A program made the position numbers and the translations under genes. Below are positions 1 to 14,224 of a stretch of 64,000 nucleotides of DNA, piece after piece (position 1 is the stretch's first letter; every line of letters starts with the position of its first letter). This DNA is from the human T2T-CHM13v2.0 reference genome, Homo sapiens. The stretch lies in NCBI RefSeq assembly GCF_009914755.1, contig NC_060926.1; one strand, written 5' to 3'. Below the pieces are notes generated by a model that was not told the DNA's origin, ran no database searches, and saw only the letters and a list, made by a program, of their open reading frames with translations.

Positions 1-92
1 GTGGAGGTTGCAGTGAGCCAAGATCACACCACTGCACCTCAGCCTGGGTGACAAAGCGATACTCTGTCTCAAAACAACAACAACAAAAAACA
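1..92 (+). mobile_element. Alu 3' end (cut by window edge) with A/CAA tail
   Basis: ggaggttgcagtgagccaagatcacaccactgcac...ctctgtctcaaaacaacaacaac = Alu right-arm end. Confidence 0.95.
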
Positions 93-170
93 ACTCATTG
101 AACTATATGCTTTAAACAGGTGCATCTTATAATATGTAAATTATAACTCAATGAAGTTGATTTTAAAAGA
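93..170 (+). mobile_element. Old L1M 3' terminus fragment
   Basis: tcattgaactatatgctttaaa...tatgtaaattataactcaatgaag resembles L1MB/MC/ME 3' ends. Confidence 0.6.
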
Positions 171-476
171 GGAAAAAACATGCCCCAAACGTTAAACATC
201 TGGAGTCCCACACCCCACATTGCTCAGGTGCCCTCTGTGCCCCATTAGGCAAAGCTCTCTCTGGCCATGACTTCCCCTGATAATTCACAGTTGGTGTGTG
301 ACAGCTGAAGGAGGCTTATGTAGGTGTTTAGTGATGGCCATGGAGCCGGGAGTCCTCGACCAGCTCTACTCCGATCTATTTTATTCCCTAAAACTGCCTC
401 TTGCTGCTGCCACAGAGCTATCGCTGGAGCTGCGGGAGGGAGGCAGCCAGCTAAGCAGACCTAAGACAGTGGGGAT

Positions 477-603
477 TTTGGGACTGGAGCTGCAGCTTTA
501 TGGGGAGACCACTTTTCTGGGAGAACTCCTCTTACATCACCGGCCATCTGATACGTGGAAAGGTAACACTTGGGACCTTCTCCTCAAACACTTAGACATT
601 CAG
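477..603 (+). repeat. Dispersed duplicate, copy 1 (partner at 3062-3175)
   Basis: tttgggactggagctgcagc...gtggaaag matches 3062 onward with 4 mismatches in 86 bp; shared end cttagacattcag. Confidence 0.95.
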
Positions 604-934
604 TGCTTATCTGAGGCCCAGTAACACCAGATTTTCATGTGGCCAAGCATGAGCAAATGCCCCTGGCACCGCTGTTTACCAGCAGCAAAATTGCGGGCAT
701 CTGTGTCTCAGTTTTCTTCTCTGCAAAATGGGTACAATGAGGCCTGGCTCACAGAAGGTGCTTGGGGTTGATGACTCTCCAAGATGCTCATATTTCTCAC
801 CTCATTCCAGGTGCTCTCCTCTGAGATGTGTCTTCAGTGATGCCACCTTCTCTGCCTCCTGTCCCCTGAAGACTTGCAGCCCTGATGGTCTCAATCACAC
901 TATGTGATAATGTTGCTTTGGTCTGTCACTGTGG

Positions 935-1238
935 TTGGGTCAAGTGCTTTTGTCAACTGGAGTATAAACTCCTTGTGGGCAGTGACGGACTTTTATTCTA
1001 CCTTCTCCGTCACACTTCCCATAGTCCTCATATAATTGCCTGGCTATATTTTTTCCATAGCACTAAACCACCATTTAGAATGATCTTATTATGTATTGTT
1101 TTCTAACTTATCACCTGTCTCTCCAACTAGATTGTAACCTTTTGGTTATAATCCGTTTATTATCTTACCCCTGGAATCTAGGGTGGTTGGTGGCAGAGAC
1201 CTCATAGGCCCTACATAAGTGTTTGGGAATGAATGAAC
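935..1238 (+). mobile_element. L2 3' fragments
   Basis: aactggagtataaactccttgtgggcag, ccaactagattgtaa and terminal gaatgaatgaa typical of L2 3' end. Confidence 0.6.
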
Positions 1239-1279
1239 ACCTCCCTTAAGCCTTACTATAGAAGGAATAAGACTCAGCC

Positions 1280-1332
1280 CCGGCAGGTGAGGTGGCTCAC
1301 GCTTGCAATCCCAGCACTTTGGGAGGCTGAGG
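1280..1332 (+). mobile_element. Alu 5' head only (~53 bp)
   Basis: ggcaggtgaggtggctcacgcttgcaatcccagcactttgggaggctgagg, then unrelated sequence; no A tail. Confidence 0.9.
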
Positions 1333-2341
1333 TTCAGCATCTCCCCACTCCCAGTGCAGATCTGAGTGGATTATGGGCTCAGCACATACTTTCTGGGCTG
1401 TTAGCTGGCTTATTGAATTACACACAGGGCCACCCCTGTCAACAGATGGTCACGGATGAGATTATGAAGGTCCCCAGGGGTCTGGCAAGAATGGGACACG
1501 GGGGACATGGCTGACTTTATGGGCTCACTTGTGGTTGCTGATAGAAGTGATATCAACACAAATGGTTTCAGCTGTAAAGGGTAGCACCATCTATCACTAG
1601 TGTCTGAAAACCGATTTTTATGAAAGGGAATTTTAATGGAAATGCCAGGTTTGTGAAATGGAAGGCAAAGATAAAGTTGAGGGGATGCTTTGAGGCCTAC
1701 AATTACTTTTTATTTTTAATTTTTTTTTTTTTTAGATTTAGGAGGTGAATTCTAAAGGGAGAATTGACAGGTTTTATCCCTCTTCAATTTTCAAATGGGA
1801 TATGTCTTGCTTCCTCAGTAGAATTCTAGGTTAGGCCATCAATTTCCTTTCAAGGAGAAACCCATTGTGTGGGAATCACCTTTGTCCTGATCTATATGAC
1901 AAGAACAGGATATTGCTGCAAGTTGTTAGGGATCAACATGACCGGCATCTAATTCTCCCTGTGCTATTTCTGCTCCCTCTGCCAAGAGTGGAATATCCTA
2001 GAGTCAGTGAGTCTGGCTCTGAGGAATCCCCCTCTTAGGGCGTGCAGGACTTCCACCATCTGCTGCTCAATTATGTCAGCTCACAGGCCTGAAATTCCAT
2101 TGAAACTTGCCTAAACTCACAGGGCCTGTTTGTGGTGGGGCTGGAGTTTGCTGCCTTCTGGACTCTGGATCTTAGCAGGTAACCAGTATATTATGTAGTC
2201 CTGCCTCTCAGAAGGAAGAAAGCAGCCAGAGGCGAGAGCCCTTTCTTGTCCATGGGCCAGACCCTGTTAGCCTGGTGGGTCTCTTCTATAGCAGCTATCA
2301 TTTATTTGCACATTGCCTTTAATAGAAACTATATGAAATCT

Positions 2342-2713
<372 letters not shown>

Positions 2714-3061
2714 CTAGCAGATCCCAGAAAATCTCAGAATGTGGTTCCTGATCCCACTTGATCCTTGGAGGCAGGGCAGCCACAAAAAGACAGGAACCTG
2801 CTGAACAGAACCTGGCACCTAAAGCAGAAGCTCTAGATGTCAGCAGAGGTCGGGAGCTCTGTAAGTTGCAGTGGTGATATTAGACTTCCTGGAGGAGGCA
2901 GACTTAATGGATTTCAAAGGATGGGTGGCAGTTTGGGAAACTGAAAGTTGGTAACCTAAGGTAACTAGTTGGCCATGGTAGAGCCAGGGGGAGTTTAGCG
3001 TAACCACCATACGTGCTAGTAGATGGGCAAAAGTATGACAGAGAAGGACTGTAAATTCACA

Positions 3062-3175
3062 TTTGGGACTGGAGCTGCAGCATTATGGGGAGACCACCTT
3101 TCTGGGAGAACTCCTCTTACATCATCGGCCATCTGATATGTGGAAAGAATACTTGGGAGCTTCTTAGACATTCAG
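3062..3175 (+). repeat. Dispersed duplicate, copy 2 (partner at 477-603)
   Basis: See copy 1; lacks 11 bp (ctcctcaaaca) and is followed by tandem attcagc..ct units. Confidence 0.95.
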
Positions 3176-4094
3176 CTTCCTGATTCAGCCCTGATTCAGC
3201 TTCCTAGGTGACTCGGTCCCTCACCTCCACCTGGCCCCTGTGCTCTTCTTGGCATCCCAGGACATCCAGCCTCAAACTGCCTGGTCAGTGGGGTCTGGGG
3301 TGAGAACCACACACCTAATTATAGGAGCCATGTCTGCAGCTGGAGAGTCCCCGGCATAGACCAAGGAGTGAGGCTTGAGTTTTTATCTGCTTGAGTTTAT
3401 TGAGCATTTATCTGCTCCTGTCTGGATCCTATTTCTTTGACAGGGAGAAGCTCTCACCTTTGCAATGTGGTAACCATCCCGGGACAAAACCTGATGCAGC
3501 CAGGGAACAATGCCGTCTGATTGTGATGAGGCTTTCTCCAGCCCTCTCCAGCTGAACTTGCCATTGCTGCCAAGAGGCAGTTGTATAGGGGATCACATTC
3601 AGTTGTTTAAGATTCAAACAAAAAACCCAGCTTTGTACCAATGGGTTAGAGAACTTCCCATAAAAGTCAGCAAAAGAAAGAAGTAAAAATAGGAGGCATG
3701 CCCTCTTTCACTGTCAGTAAAGGGCCATGAGCCTGGCAGGTCATGGAATTTGAAAGCAGAGAATGTTAGGGATGGGCTCCATTGCCTTCATCTCATCCTT
3801 CCTCTCCTTTCAGCAATAAGGACATGTTTTTAAATGGTTTTGCTCTTGGATGCTTTTCTCTCTATCACTAAAAATGGCTTATGCTGAAAAGAAGAAAAAA
3901 ATATATTCATACACCATATGCTGAAAATTGCTGTTGCAAAAACCTGTGTTTAGCTATTCACTGGAACGCCTGTGGTCCTGGGCCATAGTCGTCTCTATAA
4001 TTTCCCTCAGAAGAAACATGCTAGGAACCGTATTTAAGAGACATTTAAGCGTTGTGTCTTTCTCTGGTGTCACTGATAATGAAATATAAAAATA

Positions 4095-4260
4095 CTAACA
4101 TGCTAGGCATTGTGAAAACCTGTCTAATCCCTGCAAAAATGTATGAGTTGTTATTAACCCCATTTTACAAAAGAGATTGGGTAAAGTACCCAAGGTCAGC
4201 CAGGTGGGGAATATCAGCTGACATTTAAACCTAGGTTCTCTTGGCTCCAAAGGCCCTGAG
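4095..4260 (-). mobile_element. MIR
   Basis: ccccattttaca...cccaaggtcagccag...atttaaacctagg..ctccaaag is the reverse of the MIR core. Confidence 0.75.
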
Positions 4261-5249
4261 TTTTTGTTATGATGTTGCCTCTCATCTTCAAGAGGAATGA
4301 ACAATGCTTTTAGCAAAGAATTCTCAGTTTCTCTCCAACCTGGTGATTTCTAAGAACATGATATCAATAGCATTAATTAATAAGTCACCAATCTCCTCCA
4401 GAAAATCCACTGATGGAAAATTGTAACCTTGTAAGTGACACATTTTTATTTAATTACTCAAACTCCAGAGATGGAATGTAATTTCATGCTACGTCTCCTT
4501 GGCTCACTTACTGCTTTATAGCAACTGTATCACTGAAAGTATTTAAAAGAGAAATTGCTCCAGGGGATATAAAAATCCTTAGATGTTTGCATCTAAATAA
4601 ACTGGCAATGCCATTAAAGGATAGATAAAGGAAAATTATTAAGCAGTTTGTAATTAAAATATCGATTCTTTCTGCATGAATAAAAAGCAAAAGGTATTAA
4701 TTAGCGATTAACATAATCTGAGATTAGGCTAGGAAGATACTAAAGGAAAGCACTCAATCCAATATTGAGTCATATATTGTTTTCCAATTAGAAGGTTTAT
4801 ATTTGAGGAAGAATTATAAAAAGGTAAGTTCGTGTTTCTACTCAACTTAAAGCTGGATTTTTTTTTTAAACAGTTTGGGACTTTTTCTTTCTTTCTTTCT
4901 TTTTTGCATATCCATGAGTTCTGGGAGCTTCCAGTATGAGCAGAAAAACATGGCTATTTTGTTTTGGAACTGCCTGGGGGTCAGGAGGCAATAGGATCAA
5001 AGCTTCACAGCCTGAGTACTTGTCATTATGGCCCGTGAGCCTTCAGGTGGTGGGCCAGCCTCTCAAATCTCACTCCTATATCTTCACCCACGAGGGACAG
5101 TTCTTTCACTTTGAAACAAAACATTTTATTCCACTATGAGATTCAGCTTAAAAGGCAAAATTTTCAGGGAGTATAAGTGACTGTATCAGTGACATCTAGC
5201 AGGCCATTTCCTGCAGCCAGATCTGTTTTTTTTTTTTTTTTCCCAGGGG

Positions 5250-5450
5250 GACAGTGGGTTCAGGCAGGACAGAATTTGAATACTTCATCTGCCACTCCAC
5301 AGCTGGGTGCTCTGGACAAGCCCTGCACAGCTTCAATTTCCTCTTTGAAAAATCCGCATAGGCATTCCTCCCTCCCTACTCTCATATGGAGCAACATTTG
5401 AATAGCACCTGAAGAGCACTTCAAATCCCATTGCTCATCAACTGCTAGTT
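5250..5450 (+). mobile_element. MIR (diverged)
   Basis: tttgaatacttcatctgccactccacagctgggtgctctggacaag...cttcaatttcctc. Confidence 0.55.
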
Positions 5451-5470
5451 TCCTTCCCTCTCCTGCAGAC

Positions 5471-5614
5471 AGGCCAGCATCTTTGCCTGCAATCTGTGCA
5501 GTGGCTCAGAGCCCTGCACTGGTGTGATGCTCTGCCGTTGTGTTTGATGACTTGAACGAGGGTCTCTGCATTTTCATTTTGCACTAATCCCTGCAGATGA
5601 TGTAGTGAATTCTG
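5471..5614 (+). mobile_element. MER91A-like hAT (Tip100) MITE
   Basis: ctgtgcagt...ctgcattttcattttgcacta...atgtag; perfect 8-bp TSD ctgcagac at 5463-5470 and 5615-5622. Confidence 0.8.
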
Positions 5615-7533
5615 CTGCAGACATCCTTCTCCCTCCTGACAATTCTGCCAGAGGCTATTCTGTCCTTACCATCAATCGGTCCACTAAGAATTCTTTCCTT
5701 CTTTGGGGGCACCTGGCTGACCTCCTTTGCTGGCTATTCTTTGAAATAGTCATGTTGACATGCAAACTCATATAGATGAAATCACCAATATAAATAATCA
5801 AACAGCCATAGAATGGGTATTAATTTCAGTCTGTAAAACAAAGCTGTTTTCTTTTCCTGTTATAGCGGTTGTCCAAGGGGCTTGACTGGGTTTCTCCCAT
5901 TCCCATTTGTTGTGTTGAAAAATGAGTGCAGTGCTCCAGTAGAATTTACATGAAACAAACATTGAGTTGATAGTATATGAAAGAATTTAATATACTGCAG
6001 ATTATGGAGTGCATTTGCAAACTCTTAATGTTATAGAAAGATGCTTACATAATCAGAAAGAGAAAAAATAAAAAACATTCGGAAAGTGAAGCAAAGTGGC
6101 GTTGCTGCACGGGGGGCATCCTGTACTTGGAGTGTGTTGGGACAATTGGGAATACATGGTGTTTCCAGTGGCCTAAAGTGTTGGCCATATCCCTGAGCAA
6201 GCTGGGACAGGTTGTCTTAGAAGTTGTCCAAGAGGACCCCAATGGAGAAGGCCCTTCTGCAGAAAGAAGCTGGAGGTGACTTTGGGTGTTTAAGAGCCAA
6301 GGAAGGGCTTTTTTTTTTTTCCCAATCAAGAGAATGTCAGGTACAAGATTCCTCCTAGGGACAGGCATCTTTGAAAAATTTATGCATGATTCCAATGAAA
6401 GAGTTGACTTTAAATCTCTGCTAAACCCAGAGAACTCTGATGCTAAGCCATCCAGAGACGATGCATCAAATGTGAACTTTTCTGCTCTTCATGTTTTCTT
6501 CCTTCCTTGAGCTCCAACACTGGAGTAGTCAGAAACTTAATTAGCAAGGCATATGGAGTCACAAAAGGGGAAGATGGAGAATGAGTGAAGCCTATCCAAA
6601 ACATCCTCCTATCTCACCTCTGCCACTGGCTTCTTTTGCGGCTTCTTTGGTAAAGTAAAGGGAGGATGGCTGAGTTTCTCAGGATGGCCAGCTTCTTTGC
6701 CACAAGGCTCAGCTGGGTTCTGGCCACTGGAGCAGTCAGTTTTCATGGCAGGGGCTGTACTTTCTGCCTCTTTCTATTAAGTCAAGATTTAACTGGCAGG
6801 ACCAAATGGATGGAACTCCTCTGCCCATCACACCAGGCAATGTGCCACCCCTGCAGGTGGACCCCATTGGGGCATGTGCCAGGTAAGCAGAGGTCTGAGG
6901 ATTAGGTCCAGACACCTGTCACCAAGCATCAGCACAGTCCCTAGGGCTGAGCCCCTCCTATGTGATGGCAGGGAAGTCTGTTGGCCATGAGGCATTACCA
7001 TTTCCCATCACATGCTCTCAGGCAGCTGCTGCTTCTGGCTGCTGGTGACAATTTTTGGTTGGATTTGTCTCTAGATTTTTTGCTTATTGAAAAAAGGTTA
7101 GACATGAACCCCTCCTCTTGGAGTGGAGGCTGTCAGAGCCAAACACTAGCAAGTCATTTGCTGTACCCTTTATGGCTGAAGAATCTGGGTCTGTTTTTGC
7201 ATTATCGAGCCGTCCATTTTCATCTACTCACCAGTAAGAAGTCTTGCCTTCCCCTAACTTTTGTCAGGCTGGTTCTCAGACACACATTCTGAAATGAGTT
7301 ATATCATGATTAATGAATGAGACGAGCTCCGCTTGGGCCAATATAGGTATTTTCCTCAACAGCAGGACCTCTGTTTCTTAGACATGTGCAAAGCACTGAA
7401 TGTTTGTGCACCCCATCCTCCCCAATTCATATAATGAAACCTAATCCCCAAGGTGATGGTGTTAGAAGGAGGGGGGGGCCTTGGGAGATGATTAGGTCAT
7501 GAGGGTGGAGCCATTGTGAATGCAATTAGTGAC

Positions 7534-8262
<729 letters not shown>

Positions 8263-9216
8263 ACTACCTTATAAAAGAGGCACCAGAGAGCTGCGTGCCA
8301 TTTGAGGAAACGGAGAGAAAATGGCCATCTGTGAGTCAGGAAACAGGTCCTCAACAGATACCAAATCTGCCTGTGCTTTGATCTTGAACATCTCACCCTC
8401 CAGAACTGTGAGAAATAAATTTCTGTTGCTATAAGCCATCTCATTTACAGTAGTGTATTATAGGAGCCCAAGTGGACAAAACATGCATGCATGTCTGCAA
8501 TCATTAATATAATGTCCTCAGTACTTTGTCAGCATCAGACCCCATTAATGTTCCCTCCCAAGTATTACTCTCACTGAGATAAATTTTCTGTTAATGGTAG
8601 AGATGTTGTCATAGAGTTTTTCATTACTTGATGTCATACAAGATCTGGAAGAGGGATCCTTTTTGATCCAGAAATCTTAAACAAAACACCAAAAACTTCC
8701 TTTGTTTTATCCTCAATTGCTAAGATTTTCTCTCATAGATAATGTAAATCACATGATTTATATGCTATTCCTTCTTGTTTTGACTGCCAGGAAAATCAAG
8801 AAGGTAGTTGAAGACTAATTTTTAAATCTTATTTTATTTTATAAATTATTTTTATTTTAATAGTTTTGGAAGTACAGGTGGTTTTTGGTTACATGGACAA
8901 GTTCTTTAGTGATGATTTCTGAGATTTTGTTGCACCCATCATCTGAGCAGTGTATGCTGTATCCAATATGTAATCTTTTATAACTCCCACCCTTCCCCCT
9001 GCCATGCCCCCAAAGTCCATTATATCATTCTTATGCCTTTGCATCCTCATAGCTTAGCTCCCCCTTATAAGTGAGGACATACAATATTTGATTTTCCACT
9101 CCTGAGTTAGAATTCATTTAGAATAATGGCCTCCAGTTCCATCCAAGTTGCTGCAAAAGACATCATTTTATTCTGTTTTATGGCTGAATAGTGTTCCAGT
9201 CTCTCTATATACCACA

Positions 9217-9368
9217 TTTTCTTTCTTTCTTTTCTTTTCTCCTTCCTTCCTTCCTTTCTCTTTCTTTCTTTCCTTTCTTTCCTTCCTTCCCTTTTCCTTC
9301 CTTCCTTCCCTTTTCCTTCCTTCCTTCCTCCTTCCTTCCTTCCTTCCTTTTCTTTCTTTTTCTTTCTT

Positions 9369-9401
<33 letters not shown>

Positions 9402-9479
9402 TCCTTCCTTCCTTCCTTCCTTCCTTCCTTTCTTTCTTTCTTTCTTCCTTTCTTTCTTTCTTCCTTTCTTTCTTTTCTC
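9217..9479. repeat. 263-bp pure pyrimidine compound microsatellite (TTTC/TTCC/TC) replacing an Alu tail
   Basis: No purine between 9217 and 9479. Confidence 0.97.
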
Positions 9480-9747
9480 ACTCTATTGCCCAAGCTAGAG
9501 TGCAGTGGTGTGATCTCAGCTCACTTCAACCTCTGCCTCCTGGGTTTCAGCGATTCTCCTGCCTCAGCCCCCTGAGTAGCTGGGACTACAGGAGTGCGCC
9601 ACCATGCTTGGCTAATTTTTGTATTTTTGTAGAGATTGGGTTTCACCATATTGGCCAAGTTGGTCTTGAACTCCTGACCTCAGGTAATCCACCCGCCTTG
9701 ACACTCCAAAGTTCTGGGATTACAGGTGTGAGCCACCATGTTCAGCC
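9480..9747 (-). mobile_element. AluS inserted in L1PB
   Basis: Alu body; TSD taccacattttct at 9210 and 9748. Confidence 0.95.
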
Positions 9748-12700
9748 TACCACATTTTCTCTATTCACTCCTTGGTTGATGGGCACTTAGATTGATTCCA
9801 TATATTTGCAATTGCAAATTGTGCTGCTATAAACATGCATGTGCATGTGTGTTTTTAATATACTGACTTCTTTTCATTTGGGTAGATACCCAGTGGTGGG
9901 ATTGCTGGCCAATGGTATTTCTACTTTTAGTTCCTTGAGTAATCTCCATACTGTTATCCACAGTGATTGTACTAGTTTACATTCCCACCAGCAGTATAAA
10001 AGTGTTCCCTTTTTGCCACACCCATGCCAACAACTATTATTTTTTGACTTTTTAATTATAGTAATTCTTGCAAGAATAAGGTGGTATCTCATTGTGGTTT
10101 TAATTTTCATTTCCCTGATAGTAAGTGACACTGAACATTTTTTCATATGTTTGTGGCTGTTTGTATATATTCTTTTGAGAATTGTCTATTCATGTCCTTT
10201 GCCTACTTTTTGATGGGATTATTTGTTTTTTTTTTCTTGCTTTGTTTGAGTTCCTCGTAGATTTTGGATATTAGTTCTTTGTTGGATGCATAACTTACAA
10301 TTATTTCCTTCCACTCTATGGGTTGTCTGTTTACTCTGCTGATTATTTCTTTTGCCATGCAGAGATTTTTAGTTTAATTAGGTCCCATTTATTTATTTTT
10401 GTTCTTGTTACATTTCCTTTTGGGGTGTTAGTCATGAATTCTTTGCCTAAGCCAATGTCCAAAAGAGTTTTTCCGATGTTATCTTCTAGAATTTTTAGGG
10501 TTTCAGGTCTTAGATTTAAGTCTTTGATCCATCTTGAGTTGATTTTTCTATAAGGTAAGAGATGAGGATCCAGTTTCATTCTTCTACATGTGGCTTGCCA
10601 GTTTTCCCAGCACCATTTATTGAATAGGGTGTCCTTTCCCCACTTTATGTTTTTGTTTGCTTTGTCAAAGATCAGTTGGCTACAAGTATTTGGCTTTATT
10701 TCTGGGTTCTCTATTCTGTTCCATTGGTCTACATGCCCATTTTTATACGAGTATCATGCTGTTTTGGTAACTATAGCCTTGTAGTATAATTAGAAGTTGG
10801 GTAACATGATGCCTCCAGATTTGTTCTTTTTGCTTAGTCTTGCTTTAGCTAGGCAGGCTCTTTTTTGGTTCCATATGAATTTTAGGATTGGTTTTTCTAG
10901 TTCTGTGAAGAATAATAATGGTATTTTGATGGGAATTGCACTGACTCTTTAGATTGCTTTGGGAAGTATGGCCATTTTTGTAATACTGATGCTACCCATC
11001 CATGAGCATGGGATGTGTTTCCATTTGTTTGTGTCATCTGTGATTTATTTCAGCAGTGTTTTGTAGTCTTTTTCTGTAGAGATTTTTCACCTCTTTGGTT
11101 GAATATATTCCTAAGTATTTTATTTTTTGCAGCTGTTGTAAAGGGGATTGAGTTCTTGATTTGATTCTCTGCTTGGTCATTGTTAGTATATAGCAGTGCT
11201 GCTGATTTGTGTACATTGATTTTTGTATCCTGAGACTTTACTGAATTTGTCCGATCTAGGATCTTTTTGGGTGAATCTTTAGGGTTTTCTAGGTTTATGA
11301 TCATATCATAGGTGAAGAGCAGCAGTTTGACTTCCTCTTTTCCAATTTGTATGTCCTTTATTTCTTTCTCCTGTTTGACTGCTCTGGCCAGGACTTCCAG
11401 TACTACGTTAAATAGAGGTGGTGAGAATGGGCACTCTTGTCTTGTTCCAGTTCTCAGGGAGAATGCTTTCAACTTTTTCCCATTCAGTATGATGTTGGCT
11501 GTGGATTTTGTTACTTTGGCTTTTATTGATATATGGCTTTTATTACTTTGAGGTATGTTCCTTCTATACCAATTTTGTTGAGGGTCTTTATCATAAAGAG
11601 ATGCTTAATGTTGTCAGATGCTCTTCTGCATTTATTAAGTTTATTGATTTCTGTTTTTAATTCTGTTTTTGTGATGTATCATATTTGTTGACTTGTGTAT
11701 GTTAAACCATCTTCACATCCCTGGTATGAAACCCACTTGATCATGATTAATCATAATGTATTATCTTTTTGACATACTGGTTGGATTTGGTTAGCTAGTA
11801 TTTTGTTGAGGATTTTTGCATATCTGTTCATTAGGGATATTGGTCTGTAGTGTTCCTTTTTGTGAAGTTCTTTCCTGGTTTTGGTATTAGGTGATAATGG
11901 CTTCATAGAATGATTTAGGGAGGATTTTGTCTTTATCTTTCTCTATCCTTTTCTCTATCTTTCTTTATCTTGGAATAGTTTCAGTAGGATTGGTATCAAT
12001 TCTTCCTTGAATGTCTGATAGAATTCAGCTGTAAATCCATCTGGTCCTGGCCACTTTTCTCGTTGACTTTTTAAAAAATTATTATTACTGATTAACTTTT
12101 GCTGCTTGTTATTGGTCTGCCCTGGGTTTTTATTTCTTCTTGATTTAATCTAGGAGGGCTGTATATTTCCAGGAATGTATCCATCTCCTCTGGATTTTAT
12201 AGTTTATGCATGTAAAGCTGTTTATAGTAGCCGTGAATGATCTTTTGTATTTCTGTGGCATTGGTTTTAACGTCTCCAGTTTCATTTGTAATTGAGCTTA
12301 TTTGGATCTTCTCTCTTCTTTCCTTGGTCAATTTTGCTCATGATCTATCAATTTGCTTATCTTTTCAAATAATCAGTCTTTTGTTTCATTTATCTTTTGT
12401 ATTGCTTTTTTGTTTGTTTCAATTTTATTTAGTTCTGCTCCGATCTTTGTGATTTCTTTTTTTTCTTCTGGGTTTGGGTTTGGTTTCTTCTTGCTCCTCT
12501 AGTTCCCTGAGGCATTACATTAGGTTGTCTACTTGTGCTCTTTCAGATTTTTTGATGTAGGCATTTAATGCTATGAATTTTCCTCTTAGCACTGCGTTTG
12601 CTGTATCCCACAGGTTTTGATAAGTTGTGTCACTATTATTATTCATTTTGAAGAATTTTACAACTTCCATCTTGATTTCATTGTTAACCCAAAAATCATT

Positions 12701-13196
12701 CAAGAGCAGATTATTTAATTTCTATGTATTTGTGTAGTTTTGAGGGTTCCTTTTGGAATTGATTTTCAGTTTTATTCCACCGTGGTCTAAGAAGATACTT
12801 GATATGATTTTGATTTTTTAAAATTTATTGAGACTTGTTTTGTGTCCTATCATATGGTCTGTCTTGGAGAATGTTCTATGTGCTGATGAGAAGAATGGGT
12901 ATTCTGCATTTTTTTTGGGAAGAATGTTCTGTAAATATCTGTTAAATCCATTTATTCTAGAGTATAGTCTAAGTCCTTTTTTTGTTGATTTTCTATCTTG
13001 ATGATCTCTCTGGTGCTGTCAGTGGAGTACTGAAATCCCCCACTATTACTGTGTTGCTGCCCATCTCATTTCTTAGGTCTAGTAGTAATTGTTTTATGTT
13101 TGGCAGCTCCAGTGCTAGATGCATATACATTTAAGATTGTAATACCTTCCTATTGGACTAATCCTTTTATCATTACATAAAGTTCTTCTTTGTCTT

Positions 13197-13200
<4 letters not shown>

Positions 13201-13236
<36 letters not shown>
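13201..13236. repeat. T36 homopolymer within L1PB endonuclease region
   Basis: 36 consecutive T. Confidence 0.95.
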
Positions 13237-13239
<3 letters not shown>

Positions 13240-13833
13240 TGCTGTTGCTTTAATGTCTGCTTTGTCTGGTATAAGAATAGCTACTCCTGCTCGCTTTTGG
13301 TTTCCATTTGTGTGGAATATCTTTTTCCACCCCTTTACCTAAAGTTTATGTGAGTCCGTAGGTGTTAGGCGAGTCTCATAAAGATAGTAGATTTTTACTT
13401 TTAATCTATTCTGCCATTCTGTATCTTTTAAGTGGAACAGTTAGGCCATTTACATTTAATGTTAGTATAGAGGTGTAAGATAGTGCTCTATTCATCAGGT
13501 TAGTTGTTGTCTAGATACTTTTTTTTTCACTGTGTTATTGTTTTATAGGCCCTGTGAAATTGATGCTTTAAGGAGGTTCTATTTTGGTGTATATCAAGTT
13601 TTTGTTTCAAGAGTTAGAACTCCTTTTAGCATTTCTTGTAGTGTCAATTTGGTAGTGGCAAATTCTCTCAGCATTTGTTTGTCTGAAAAAGACTTTATTG
13701 TTCCTTCATTTATGAAGCTTAGTTTTGCTAGATGCAAAATTATTGGCTGACAATTACTTTGTTTAAGGAGGCTAAAGATAGGATCCCAATCTCTTCTGGC
13801 TTGTAAGGTTTCTGCTGAGAAATCTGCGGTTAA

Positions 13834-14224
<391 letters not shown>

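Noticed and set aside
298-624. 108-aa ORF spanning duplicate copy 1
   Set aside because: Starts at GTG, has no recognisable domain, and its length is within chance expectation.
1705-1775. Strong-looking splice acceptor (T tract then AG)
   Set aside because: No convincing donor or coding frame follows; T tracts are common here.
9107-9790. 128-, 116- and 199-aa ORFs
   Set aside because: Stop-free translation of the pyrimidine microsatellite plus Alu.
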